DNA of 64,000 nt. It comes from an uncultured Verrucomicrobiae bacterium. Lineage in GTDB: Bacteria > Verrucomicrobiota > Verrucomicrobiia > Chthoniobacterales > UBA10450. Below the pieces are notes generated by a model. That model did not search any database and was not told the DNA's origin. It worked only from the letters and a program-made list of their open reading frames with translations. Position numbers and translations under genes: made by a program. The stretch is from positions 736,001-800,000 of the forward strand of contig CAVSDR010000003.1 in NCBI GenBank assembly GCA_963726745.1. Direction: 5' to 3'. Shown one piece after another: positions 11,601 through 22,400 of this stretch (position 1 is its first letter; every line of letters starts with the position of its first letter).

Positions 11601-12170
11601 TGCGCGCCGGCGGCGCAACTCGTTAGCGCGGTTTCGCGCAAGGTCCACGGGAGCGTGGGCGCGTTTGAGATTCCGCTCTTCCCGCAAGTGGGAGGCGTGG
11701 TCCCGATCGAGCCCCGCCGCGGCGGCTCGCCGACCGGGAATCACCAGGTCGTGCTGGCCTTCCCCGTGCCGGTGAGCTTCACCGGCGTCACCGTAAGCCC
11801 TGGCGGCACGGCCACGACAACGCCCGCGCCCGGCTCCGCGCCGACGAGCGAAGTCGTGGTGAACTTGAGCAATGTCCCGGACAGCGCGCTGGTGACGATC
11901 ACCCTTAACGGAGCCACCTCGGGCGGCACCCCGGCCGACTTATCCGTGCAAATGCGCACGCGGCTCGGCGACACCAATGGCGACGGCTTCGTCAACGTGG
12001 GCGATACCCAGGAAACGCGGAACCGCTCCGGCCAGATCACGGACGGCGATGTCTTCCGGAACGACGTAAACCTCGATGGCGTGGTCAATGGCGGCGACAG
12101 CATCATCGTGCGGAACCAATCCGGCGGAACCCTCTCCACAAGCCCCGAACGCAGCCGCCGCGAAAAATAG
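8625..12170 (+). CDS. secreted Asp-box (BNR) beta-propeller protein with FN3 and C-terminal dockerin-like module
   Basis: Signal peptide, PT linker, Asp-boxes (SLDGGFSF, SEDNGATW, TFDYGQTW), FN3 (LNWTPPDHGGAPITAYKIYR) and GDTNGDGFVNVGD...DVNLDGVVNGGD. Confidence 0.88.
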   Translation: MSQVILQSSRQFTAAALIICAVVLAFISFADHSRSAAPENGTLNPAGPSVSWTGTSAGGSSLDESTCDALDAVNCDTYILTVGGTPADWAGKKVNVKISWPNGLDDYDVFIHKGTVNGPVVGSAAAGGSGPEEVDLDPTNASIGTGAFAVRVVYFLVTPPAEQYTGVASVKGGGATPTPTATPTPSGTPLTANVPRYVNHYAPPGVMEDAGEPTMGVNWNTENVVRAPWQTFQNRLRNGTVLQTFNGGTSLYYGGINSYFLRATFDDCASPAGVQWDQIPLVTANTTRGFYDPILYTDHWTGRTWVGQELGLTPGGSTLEFTDNDGDTMHPSEGAAPSGGVDHQTIGGGPFHAPTPPTTITPKNPPDPAATPYPHSVFYASQAILTATSQLSLDGGFSFPVQTPMYTWQDCTGLHGHIKIAEDGTAFVPNKACEELNVPFVFGGNPAVVVSEDNGATWDIRTVPGIPSDAGLDDASVGVSWCPPNTPTCDKTERSKHIYLGFMYTGGRPGIAYSNNKGQSWARIVDLGALTGIKHIAFPAVAVGDPDRAAFAFFGTKTQGDYSAPEFPGVWHMYIAQTFDYGQTWTVQNVSPEGPIQRGGICGDGTCRNLLDFIDIQIDRQGRVLVAGEDGCIAGCEIGGANSFTAKAFITRQAGGKRMFSIYDTQTAEPHIPGAPGVQGFVDAANTKVTLNWTPPDHGGAPITAYKIYRATAEAGPWGNDKLIATVTEPGFMDTSFPPAMEKYYIVTAINSQGESPYCKVIHPLDVPQVTACNLPGIQVLNDTDANGADTDPPQQTPADPRVNVRRLHLAEPFVSPGAEPLVFTMQVAPSTTNTAPPNSQWLIIWNRQGTHAADPQDSSYDRMYVAMVTDANGVPTFEYGKFGIAINTSPPPLPDPNANAPKRYGAPDSATYDPLSGLVRITIAKSKLRAIDGGSGKYVINTDLAGTNVRTYFNRADYVSDPNAAVRSQRSQNNASDITSDATYTLRGNAVCAPAAQLVSAVSRKVHGSVGAFEIPLFPQVGGVVPIEPRRGGSPTGNHQVVLAFPVPVSFTGVTVSPGGTATTTPAPGSAPTSEVVVNLSNVPDSALVTITLNGATSGGTPADLSVQMRTRLGDTNGDGFVNVGDTQETRNRSGQITDGDVFRNDVNLDGVVNGGDSIIVRNQSGGTLSTSPERSRREK

Positions 12171-12282
12171 ACAGCAAGATCAGATGACCTTCGCCCCTGT
12201 CCGCCCCTCCGGAACCAATCAGGAAACCTGGTGACCGCGGCCGCGCGCGCTGCCCGGTAACGCGGCCGCGCGACCGCAGATC

Positions 12283-12317
12283 AAAAAAAATCGGCGCCGG
12301 GGTTTTCCCGGCGCCGA
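12283..12317 (-). terminator. Rho-independent terminator
   Basis: Stem TCGGCGCCGGG/CCCGGCGCCGA preceded on the + strand by an A8 run (U-tract on -), just after the stop of 12342-15620. Confidence 0.85.
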
Positions 12318-12341
12318 CTTCCAAGGGGGTGATCTTGCTGG

Positions 12342-15300
12342 CTACTCCGCGCGGGTGGCCGAGCCGGATTTTGTGCGCACGATGATCGAATCGCCGCCGT
12401 TGATCACGCCGTCGAGATTCACATCGGAGCGGAAGTTACCGCCATCGGCCAACTGGCCGGAGCGGTTCCGCGTTTGCACGGTATCGCCGGCATTAACCGA
12501 CTGGTCGTTGGTCGTGTCGCCGATGAGCGCGCCGAAAGTCACGGGCACGGCGGCGATCGCGTTCGCGAGGTTGTCGACCACGCCATTGAGGGTCACCGAG
12601 ACCACGGCGGTATCGGGCACGCCGGTCAACTCGACGAGGTATTCGCGGGTGTTCGTGCCGACCGACCCGGTGGCCATGACGGGCTGCGGACTGCCGCCGG
12701 GCAAGGTGGCGGTGGCGGTGATGCTGCCGACGCTGGCGACCGGGTTGAGGAAGCTGAAGACGAGCGTGTGCGCGCCATTGCTCCGGCGGGGCTCGGTGGC
12801 GTAAGCGCCCGTGATCGGCAGCGGAATGTCGAAGGCCCCGGCGCCAGCGTGCGTCTTCCGCGAGACCACGGAGTTGAAGCCCGGGATCGGACCCGTGACC
12901 AGATAGGTCGGGGTGTTCGCGGTGCTATCGGCGGTGATCGCATTCGAGGTCGAGTCGACCGCATTGGTCGAGCGCACTTCGGCCCCGACGTTGGCGTAGG
13001 TGCGGGCAAACATCGCTCCCAGGATGTCGCCTGGGCGCGGGCTGCCGATTTTATCCTTCGAGATGGCAATCGAGATCACACCCCCGGGGACAGGAGTGTA
13101 GGAACCCGAGTCCGGTGTGCCGATGGCGGTGGTCGTGGGCAGGCCCAGGACCAAGCCAACAGTCGCGGTGGAGACGGTGCCGTATTCGTAGGTAAGCACG
13201 CCGGTGGCATCCTTCGTCATGCCGACGTAAAACTGCTGACCAATCGACGCGGGCGAAGCCCAAATGATGCGCCACATGCGGTTGTTCGGGATCAACGTGA
13301 GATCGGTCATCTTGAGCTGGAAGACGAGTTTGCCGGCGTTTGGCCCGGAGGCAGGCTCGGAGACGGAGAGCGCCTGGATGTCGAGGTCTGTATTGCCCGC
13401 CGGTCCACCGACCTGGTCGCCGGTTGGATCGGCCGCAAGGGTGTAACCGTTGGCGGAAGTCGAGGCGCCGACGTAGCGGGCCGCCACTTCATTGTCGCCA
13501 CAGGATGCGCCAAGCGCGTTCTTCGCCACGACCTTGTAATAGTAGACCGCGGCCGGGTTGGAAGCGGTGTTGTCATCGTAACGCGTCTGGCTGCCAGGCA
13601 CGGTGGCGAGGAGCGTTTCCATACCGGCAGCGGTGCCGCGGAGGATGTCGTACCCAGTGATCGGCGAGCCGCCGTCATCGGATTGCGACCAGGCCACATG
13701 GACCACGCCGCCGTTGCGCAACGTGCTGACCGCCGGGCGGCCGGGCACGGTGGCCACATCGCCTCCCGGGGGATCGAATGCCGCAAGCAAACGGCGGCCG
13801 CTCGACTGCCGGGCGATCGCTGCCAGCGCGGTGTAGCTATTGCCGACAGAATCATTCGGCGCCTGGATGCATTCGGCCCCGGTGCAACCATCGGAGAAAC
13901 CGACGAGCACGCGGCCTTCCTGGTCGATCTGCACGTCCATGAAGTCGAGCATGTTTCGGCAGACGTTCGCGCCACCGCCGAGCCAGACGCAGCCGCGCTG
14001 GACCGGATCGTCCGGGGTCGCGTCCACCGTCTTCCAGGTCAGGCCGCCATCGTAGGTGGTCGAGACGTAAAGGTGCCAAACGCCCGTAAAGCCGCGCCCC
14101 TGCAACCCGCCCGCGGTGGGCGTGCCGAGGAAGGCGAAGACGGCGCGGTTATTGTCGCCTGCGACCATTGCTGGGAAGACGACGTTGTTGATCCCGAATT
14201 GCGCGCCGACGTCGAGCGACGGGGTCCAGGTGCGGCCGTGATCGTCGGAGGTAGTCACGACGGCCTTGGTATCGCCATCGGCATAGCCGAAGTAAACCCG
14301 GCCGGCGGCGCCCACGCCAATCGCGGGATCGCTCCCGGCAGAGTTGCTCCCGGGAATCGTGCGGATCTGCCAGGTGACGCCGTTGTCTTCCGAGACAATC
14401 GCCCCCTGCTGCGTGCCGCAGCCTTTATTCGGCACATAGACGACGCCATCGGAGCCGACTTTCACGTGGCCATGGAGGCCGCCGCATTGGTCGGTGTAGA
14501 GCGGCGTGGAGGCGCCGTAGTTCAGGCCGCCGTCGTCGCTTCGCGCGCAGCTCGCTTCCACCAAAGCCTGCGAGCAATAGTAAACTGTGCGCGGGTAGAG
14601 CCGCGGCTGCGGCGGTGGCGGCGGCACGGTGTTTTCGCGGTATGGTCCGCCGCCGACGGTCTGGTGGTCGACGCCCGAGCCGATGCCGGTGCCATTGCTC
14701 GGATGCCAGACTTCGCCGTCGTTATCCGGGAAGGAGCTATCCGTGTAGGAGGACTCTCCGAGGATAACGTTTCCGGCAAAAGTGAGCAGGTGCGCCACCG
14801 TGCGGCCGGTGATGCGATCGGTGTAGAGGATCGGATCGAAGTCGACCTGCGAAGTGGGCGCGGGCTTGTTTTCCCAGAGTGGCTTGAGGCAGCCATTGAA
14901 GGTCACGCGCAGCGTCTGCACGTCGGCTTGGAACATCGCGCGGCCTTCCGGGTGCCCGGCGATCGGGAGGGCGATGCCGATGGAAGGCTCGCCCGAAGCG
15001 CGGCCCAGGCCGGCGGAAGCTGTCGGCGCTGCCGGCGGGTTGAACAACTCGAAACGCGGGGCGGATCCGCCCGCCGGCGTCGGTGCCGGCACTGGCGGCG
15101 CGCCGGAGCCGATGATATTGGCGAGACCGGTGTACTGGTCCGCCTGGGTAGCGGCGAAATAGACGACGTGCACGATGAAATCACCCGTGCCGATGCTCGA
15201 ACGCGCCGGGTTTAAATCCACCTGCTCCTGGGTGGTCCCGCCGGAGCCCGAGGAAGCCACCACCGGCCCCGCGAGCGTCCCTTTGTGGACATACATGTCG

Positions 15301-15620
15301 TAGTCTGTGCTCGGGCTCAGCCAGTTGATCTGCACATGCACCTGCTTCTGCGCCGCGGCCCAATCCGCGGGCGTGCCGGTGATGGTGAGCTTGTAGCTAT
15401 CGCAGCTGAGCCCTTCCATGCAGGAAGACTCCGCGCCACCCGAGGGGATCGAGCCGGTGCCCGTCCAGGTGAGGTTGCCGGCTGTTCCCGGGGAGATGCT
15501 GCCGCCGGAAGGGTTCGCCGCAAAACTGAGGAAGGCCAGGAGCATTCCGGCGACGAGGAAGGTACCGACGAGGAGCCAGCGCAGCGTAAAGGCAGACTTG
15601 GAGGTGGATCGACGATTCAT
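12342..15620 (-). CDS. secreted Asp-box beta-propeller protein with FN3 and C-terminal dockerin-like module
   Basis: Signal peptide, SDDGGLNY/SEDNGVTW/SDDHGRTW/TYDGGLTW, FN3, and GDTTNDQSVNAGD...DVNLDGVINGGD. Paralog of 8625-12170. Confidence 0.88.
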   Translation of the reverse strand: MNRRSTSKSAFTLRWLLVGTFLVAGMLLAFLSFAANPSGGSISPGTAGNLTWTGTGSIPSGGAESSCMEGLSCDSYKLTITGTPADWAAAQKQVHVQINWLSPSTDYDMYVHKGTLAGPVVASSGSGGTTQEQVDLNPARSSIGTGDFIVHVVYFAATQADQYTGLANIIGSGAPPVPAPTPAGGSAPRFELFNPPAAPTASAGLGRASGEPSIGIALPIAGHPEGRAMFQADVQTLRVTFNGCLKPLWENKPAPTSQVDFDPILYTDRITGRTVAHLLTFAGNVILGESSYTDSSFPDNDGEVWHPSNGTGIGSGVDHQTVGGGPYRENTVPPPPPQPRLYPRTVYYCSQALVEASCARSDDGGLNYGASTPLYTDQCGGLHGHVKVGSDGVVYVPNKGCGTQQGAIVSEDNGVTWQIRTIPGSNSAGSDPAIGVGAAGRVYFGYADGDTKAVVTTSDDHGRTWTPSLDVGAQFGINNVVFPAMVAGDNNRAVFAFLGTPTAGGLQGRGFTGVWHLYVSTTYDGGLTWKTVDATPDDPVQRGCVWLGGGANVCRNMLDFMDVQIDQEGRVLVGFSDGCTGAECIQAPNDSVGNSYTALAAIARQSSGRRLLAAFDPPGGDVATVPGRPAVSTLRNGGVVHVAWSQSDDGGSPITGYDILRGTAAGMETLLATVPGSQTRYDDNTASNPAAVYYYKVVAKNALGASCGDNEVAARYVGASTSANGYTLAADPTGDQVGGPAGNTDLDIQALSVSEPASGPNAGKLVFQLKMTDLTLIPNNRMWRIIWASPASIGQQFYVGMTKDATGVLTYEYGTVSTATVGLVLGLPTTTAIGTPDSGSYTPVPGGVISIAISKDKIGSPRPGDILGAMFARTYANVGAEVRSTNAVDSTSNAITADSTANTPTYLVTGPIPGFNSVVSRKTHAGAGAFDIPLPITGAYATEPRRSNGAHTLVFSFLNPVASVGSITATATLPGGSPQPVMATGSVGTNTREYLVELTGVPDTAVVSVTLNGVVDNLANAIAAVPVTFGALIGDTTNDQSVNAGDTVQTRNRSGQLADGGNFRSDVNLDGVINGGDSIIVRTKSGSATRAE

Positions 15621-15734
15621 AAGGGAAGAGTTCGGGGTTGAGCCGCCGGGACCGGCGACGGGCTAATCCTCTTTCGTGACTGCCCGTCCACGCGGGCGGG
15701 ATAATTTTCTCTCGGCAACCGAAAAAAACGCACG

Positions 15735-15768
15735 AAAAAGCCCCCGCCCGCGCGTGCGGACGGGGGCT
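15735..15768 (-). terminator. Rho-independent terminator
   Basis: AGCCCCCG-CCGC/GCGG-CGGGGGCT hairpin with an A-tract on its left, downstream of the gene ending at 15791. Confidence 0.75.
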
Positions 15769-15790
15769 GTTCGTTGGTCGAAGTTGCCGG

Positions 15791-18700
15791 CTATTTCCCG
15801 GCGCGGCCCTGGTTCTCGGCGGAGCTGGTGGGATGGCCGGAATTCGCGCGGGCAATGATCGCATCGCCGCCGTTGATCACGCCGTCGCAGTTCAGGTCGC
15901 TGCGGAAGTTGCGCGGGCCTTCCTCGTCGGTCGCGATTTGGCCGGAGCGGGCCTTGGTCTGCTGAGCATCGCCGGCATTCACCAAACCGTCGTCATTGCT
16001 GTCGCCGATGAGCACCGGCAGCGGCACGTTGATGGTGGCCGAAGCGCCGCCCGAGGTGGTCCCCGGCAGGCTGACGGTGGTGGTGCGCTGGTCGGGCACG
16101 CCCGTGAGGTTCACGGTCACGACATTCCCCGCGGTCGTGGTGCTGGCAATCGTGCCGCCATCCGTCGTCGGCGTGCTGAAGGTGACCGGCGCGGAGAAGG
16201 TCAGGACGACCTGGTATTCCCCGGGCACGCCGCGACGTGGCTCGCTCTTCGCCGCGCCCAAAGCCGGGAAGAGGCGGAGATCGAGCGGGCCGACGGAGCC
16301 GTGGACCTTGCGCGAAACCGCGCTGACCAGGGAAGGCGCCGGAGCGCAAACGGCATTCCCCGCGAGCACGTAGCTGCCATCAGGGCTGATGTCGGAGGCA
16401 TTATTCTGCGAACGCTGCGAGCGGACCGCCGGCGTTCGGATCGGAGATGTAATCCGGGCGGTTAAAATACGTCCGCACGTTCACTCCGGCGAGGCCGGTG
16501 CCGGGGACATACTTGGTCGCGCCGCCATCGATCGCCTGCAGCTTCGAGTTCGAGATACTGATCTTGATCTCGCCCGTGAGCGGGTTGTAGCTGCCGCTAT
16601 CCGGGACGCCGAATTTAGCCGGCGAATTGGCCGAGGGATCGGGCAACGGCGGCGGCGAGGTATTGATCGGGATGCCGAACTTGCCGTACTCGAAAGTCGG
16701 GGCGCCGTTGGCATCGGTCACCATCGCGAGGTAAAGGCGATCGTATTTGCTGTCGTTCGGATCGCTCGTCTGGGTGCCCTGGCGATTCCAGATAATGATC
16801 CACTGGCTGTTCGGCGGCGCCGAGCCGGCGGTCGACGGCGCCACCTGCAGGGTGAAGAAGAGCTTCTGGGTGGTCGCATCCACGAACGGCTCGGCCACAA
16901 AGAGCTGCTTGATATTCACCCGCGGATCGGCCGGGGTGTTCTGGCCGCTGTCGTCATCCGTTCCGGCGGTGGTGGTGTCGTCGTTGACTTTGATGCCCGG
17001 GAATACGCAGGCAGTCTGGACGGGCCCGCTCGACGGGAGGAAGTCTTTGCAATACGGCCCCTCGCCCTGCTGGTTGAGCGCGGTCACGTGGTAGTAGTTC
17101 TGCACCGCGTTATTGAAGGTGGTGTCGGTGTAGCTCGGCGTGTTCACCGTGGCGATGAGGACGAACGGTCCGCTCGCGCCGGCGCGGCGGTAGACGTTGT
17201 AGCCCACGATCGGCAAGCCGCCGTTATCCGGCTCTTTCCAGGTGAGGTTGATCGCGGTCGGCGTGGCGTTGCCAGTGACGGCCGGGGCTTGCGGAATGGC
17301 CGGCTCGACCGGGTCGAACGCGGCATACATGCGCTTGCCGCCGGACTGGCGGGAGATGGTTGCCTTCGCAGTAAAAGAATTCGCGCCGCCGTTCACGCAG
17401 CCGCCGATGCAGCCGTCTTCCCATCCGATGAGGACCCGGCCTTCTTTGTCGATCGTGGCATCGAAGAAATCGAGCAGGTTTCGGCAGGTGCCGCTGCCGC
17501 AAATGCCGCCGCGCTGGACCGGATCGTTCGGGGTGACGTTGATCGTGGTCCAGGTCTGGCCGCTATCGTAAGTGAGGGCGACGTAGAGATACCAAACGCC
17601 GGGAAATTCCGGGGCATCGTAGTTGTCGCCCGCAGTGGTGGTGCCGAAGAAGGCAAAGGCCGCGCGGCCCTTGTTCAAGCCGAGTTGATCGCCGTCGCCC
17701 GCGACCACCGCAGGGAAGACGATGTTGTTGATCCCCAGTTGCGCGCCGACATCGAACGGCGTCGACCAGGTGATGCCCTTGTCGTGGCTCACGGCCACGC
17801 GGGCGTGACCGTCTTTGGCCTGCATGCCCAGGTAGATCGTGCCGTCGGTGGCGATGCCGATCGAGGGATCGCGGTCGCTCTTGGTGTCGGAGTTTGGAAT
17901 CTTGCGGATCGCCCAGGTGAGGCCGTTGTCTTCCGAGACGATCGCGGCTTGCTGCCCATCGGCATGGCCGACCGGGTCGCTCGTGCCGCCGCAGGCGTTG
18001 TTCGGCACGTAGACGGTGCCGGAGTGGCCGTTGGCTAAAGTCGCGGGCGTGGACTGGGTGACTTTGACGTGCCCGTGCAAACCGCCGCAATCCGCGGTGG
18101 TATACATCGGGATCGCCGGGCCGTAGGTCACGCCGCCATCGTCGCTGCGAGAAATGCGCGCATCGGAGACGCTCTGCGCCGCATAATAGACCGCGCGCTT
18201 GGCGCCGGTCGGCGGCCAGAGGGCAGTCGGCGGGGTCGTGCGATACGGCCCGGACGCCTGCGTCTCGTGATCGACGCCCGCCGGCGGTCCGGAGCCGGTG
18301 CTCGGGCTGAAGGTCTCGCCGTCGTCATCCGTGATGTCGGTGGTCGCGCCCGCTTGCGCCTCTTCCTGCATCACCCAAGTGCGTCCAGCCACGTGGTCGG
18401 TGAAAAGGATCGGATCGCCGAGTGCGCGCGGCGTCGCGGCGAGGACGAGCGGCTTCTGTTCCCAAAAGTCGTTCGCGGGCGAGGAGCAATCGTCAAACGT
18501 GATCCGCAGCATCGAAGGGAGGAAGCCGCCGTAGTAGGTCGTGGTGCCGCCGTTCGGGATGGGGCCGTTGCTGTTCGCAAAGGTGTGCCCGGAGCCGGGG
18601 CGGACGACGTTTTCGCTGCGCCAGTTCGAGCCGATCGAAGGCTCACCGGCGTCTTCTGCGACTCCCGAGGGAGCCGGGAAAGTATGGAAGCGCGCGGTCC

Positions 18701-19268
18701 CGGGCGGGACTGGCGTGGGCGTCGGCGTGGAACCCGGAGTCGGCGTCGGCGTGGGCGCCGCACCGGCGATCACCTCAGCTTTGCCAGCATATTGTTGCGT
18801 CGGGACGACCAGAAAATAAACCACGCGCACGACAAAGGTCCCCGTGCCGATGGTGCCGATCGAGGGATCGAGCTCGACCACTTCAGGGCCGCCGCCGCCA
18901 TTGGCCGAGGAGGCCACCAGAGGACCGCTGACGCTGCCTTTATGCACGAAGACGTCGAAGTCATTGTTGGCGTTGGTCCAGCTGATCGAGACCTGCGCTT
19001 TTTTACCGGCCCAATCCGCGGGCGTTCCGGTGAGCGTGAGCGTGTAGCTGTCGCACGTGGCCGCGGTGCAGGTGGTTTCGTCGAGCGAGGCGCCGCCCGC
19101 GGAAGTGCCCGCCCAAGTGACCGTGGGGCCGGTCGGATTCAACGATCCGTTCGTCGGCGCGGCCGATTGCGATGGGTTGGTGAAGGCGAAGAAGCCGAGG
19201 AGAACAGCGCCGACAATCAGAGTCAGCGCGCTAGCCTGGCGGGTTTTGCGGAGGAGGACTTTGCTCAT
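15791..19268 (-). CDS. secreted Asp-box beta-propeller protein with FN3 and dockerin-like module; one frameshift near 16430
   Basis: Start MSKVLLRK at 19268. Removing one G near 16430 restores DPNAAVRSQRSQNNASDI, matching paralog 8625-12170, and joins ORF 15791-16369. Confidence 0.86.
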
Positions 19269-19423
19269 GAAATAGAAGTGACGGAGTGGACCGAAAGCGA
19301 CCGCCGAGGGGGAAAGATCGCGCGAACGACCTTGCGACAACCGTGGACACTGAGATCGAAAGCGGAGGCGACCTCGGGCGTCTCCCATTCAATAAAACCC
19401 GAAAAAAGTCCATCTCGCTGGGC

Positions 19424-19467
19424 AAAAACAGCCCGGCCGGATCCGAAGACCCGGCCGGGCGAGTTTT
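19424..19467 (-). terminator. Rho-independent terminator (possibly bidirectional)
   Basis: Perfect stem GCCCGGCCGG (19431-19440)/CCGGCCGGGC (19451-19460) with AAAAA on the left and TTTT on the right. Confidence 0.8.
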
Positions 19468-19486
19468 GACCCAAGGCGAGGCGACG

Positions 19487-22400
19487 TTACAGCGAATCGC
19501 CCGAGCGATTCCGCACCGCGATGGCGTCGCCGCCATTGATGTTGCCGTCTGTATTCACGTCGTAACGCAAGGTCGACGAGTCCACCGTCTGCCCGGAGCG
19601 GTTGCGCACCTGGATGGCGTCGCCGGAGTTAACGATCCCATCGGCATTGGTGTCGCCTACGAGGAAGGCCACCGGCACGGTGATCGTCTTGGCCCCGGAG
19701 CCGTCGTTCGCGCCGGTGAGCTGGACGTTCACCACCTGGCCGTTGGTTACGTTCTTTAAGTTCACGACGACTTCGTTGCCGTTGGTCGACGTGCTGTCTA
19801 TTTCCGCGCTCTTGCCTCCGGCCGGGGTCACGCTCGCGTTGGTGAAGGTCGCGGGCGCGCCGAACTGGAAGACGATCTGGTGGCTGCCGTTGTTCGGGCC
19901 GTTGCCAATTCGGCACTCGACCGCGCGGGTTCCAGTCAGCGGCAGGGGCATATCCTGCGTGCCGCCATGGAGCTTGCGCGAAACCACCCGGGCGACACCG
20001 GGCACGACGTTAACCGTGACCGGATTGCTGAACGGCCCGGGCGCGGCCTGCCCGCCGAGATCGAAGGTGGTGCGGACACGATAGCAATAGGTGCCGCTGC
20101 TCTTTTGCTGGACCGAGCTGGTCCCGGCGGTGGCAGCCACATCGACCCAGTTGTCGTTCACGATCGCGATGTCATCGACATACCAGCCGAAGGGCGCCGA
20201 GCCCGCGCGATCCTCCGCGCCGAGCGCGTAGTGGAAGCGCAGCCGGATGGTTTTGCCGCCGTAATCTGCCAGGCTCACGGAATGCGGGAAGAGCGTCTCG
20301 GTGGCGAAGGAAACCGCGCCGGTGCCGAGCTCCGAGCGATTGTGCAGATACACCGGGACCCAGCTCACGCCGTTATCCTCGGAGACCTCCACCAGGACAT
20401 TGTCGTCGCCTTCGTTGTTGTCCCAATCGAGGAAATTCAGGAACGTCTGCCCGCCCGTCGGGATGGTGATCGGAAACTTGTAGGTCAGGTAGGAATCCGC
20501 ACTCGTGATCCCGTTGACCCCTTGCACGTTGAAGGTGTTGCTCGGGTGCTGCGGCTTGGAGTTATCCGTCTTCCATGGCTGCGCCCCGGTGCCGGAGGTG
20601 GTGGTGGTCCAATTCGCCAAACCGGCCTCGGCGTTGTCGAACAAGAGCGGCGCGCAGGAGGTGCGCGATTCCTGGAGGACATCCGGCCCGATCGCCTGCG
20701 CGGGACGGACCCAGTTCAAGGTGAACTTGCCGTCTGTGTCCGGGTTCTCGTAGTCGGGTCCGGTGGTCAAGGTCGGGGCCTGCAAGACCGGGCAGGTGAA
20801 GACGCGGATGTTGTCGACATACCAACCCTTCACCCCGTTGCAGCCATCCTGGCTCCAGGTGAAGCGAAGGCGGATGGTATCGCCCGGTTGCGCCATGGAA
20901 GCGAGGTCAACCAGGGTGGTCCCCCAGGAGCCAAGGATCACCGACCCGAGATTCGTCCCGGTCCAGGCAATCTCGGAAGGGTTCGGATTGGTGTTGTTCC
21001 CCACGGGGGCGGCCTCGTTGTAAACCGTGTTCGGCGCGTTGAAGAGATACGCGCTCTTTGGGACGAGCTGGTACGCTCCCCCGTTTCGGCTGATTTCCAA
21101 TTGCCCGCCGTCCACGCCGGCCTCGCTCGCGATCCAATGGTCAAACGACAACTTGGCCGCAGTCGCGCCTGCCGGGATCGTGATCAATGGGCTGTCGAGC
21201 GTGTGGCTTCCGGAGAAGTCGCCGTTTGGCTGGCAAGTGCCGCCGCCTTCCTCGCCCACGGGAGGATCAATCGCAAAGGCCGCCGAGCCGGTGCGCCCGC
21301 CGGGTAAACTGCCGACAACATGGAAGAAACGCGTATCGTTTTTCGAGGGCTGCTGCTCCCAGTCGACCAGCCCGTGGCGAAGCCCATGCTCGTCTTGGTC
21401 CAGCCGCGCGCGGCCGCGCCGGCATCGCCGCCGGTCTCCCAATTTTCCGAGAAAATGGTGTTCGACCCGAGGCAAATCGGAGCTGGATCGGGATTAAGCA
21501 AGGGCCCGGTGGCGCAGGGCGGCGTGAGGCTCATCTCGACCGCGAGCATCGCTTTCGCGAGTTGCTGGCAATCGCCGGCGGTGATCACCTGCGCCGAGGG
21601 CGTGCCGGTGGCGCTGGTGGTCGACAGGTTCTTTAACGGCGCCCCGATCAGATCGCTGCAGGAAGTTTGCAACGCGGTGTCGTGGACTTTGAAGTCCGTC
21701 GTGGGCGTTTGGTAAACGCTCTCGGCCCGGAAATAGATCGCGGCTGCTTTCGTTAGGCCAATGCCGGTGATGGTCTGGCCGTTCCATTCATTCCCCGGGA
21801 AGAATTGCGTGCCATCAACCGTGAGGGCATAGCCGTGATTCGGCACGCCGGAGTTCGTGTGCACGCCGCCACCGTCGCCGGTGCCGCAGGCGTAATTGAG
21901 CGAAGAAACTTTGCCGGGCGCGCCCTGGCGGTCGGGATCGTACATATCGCGCAGGAGGAGAGACTGAAGTTCCTCGCCCAGGTCTTCGCCCACGAGCCAG
22001 CGTTGGCCGTTCGGATAGGGCTGGGCATTGTTGTTTCCGCCGATGCCGTCGGCGTTGTTCAGGAGGTCCACGGTCTCGCCAAAGATGTCGGAGTAACTCT
22101 CGTTCAAGGCGCCGCTCTGGAAGGCGTAGATCAAGCCGTGGGTGTATTCCGTGTAGGCGTGACTCCACTCGTGCGAGACCACGTCATCGGCGTCGAAGGC
22201 CGGGCAATAGTTCGTGGAGGTGCCGTTCCAGTAAGCGTTCGGGCACTGCTGATTGATCAGGTAGACGCTGATCATGTGTTTGCCCGCGCCATCGTAGGAA
22301 TCGCGGCCAAAACCGGAGGCGTAGAGGTTGTACGTCTGCCCGGCGAAATCGTAGAGATTGTTCACGAAGGGCGCCGGATGCGGTGGATCGCCCTCGCGCC

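Noticed and set aside
12235..12275. Repeated CGCGGCCGCG palindromes between convergent genes
   Set aside because: Short GC-only sequence that could be a weak hairpin. No U-tract or other support for a function.
12474..15215. 913-aa plus-strand ORF and similar long antisense ORFs (4312-5913, 9801-11744, 16389-18038, 30905-32512)
   Set aside because: Shadow frames of genuine genes in high-GC DNA. They are Arg/Gly/Ala-rich and carry no motifs.
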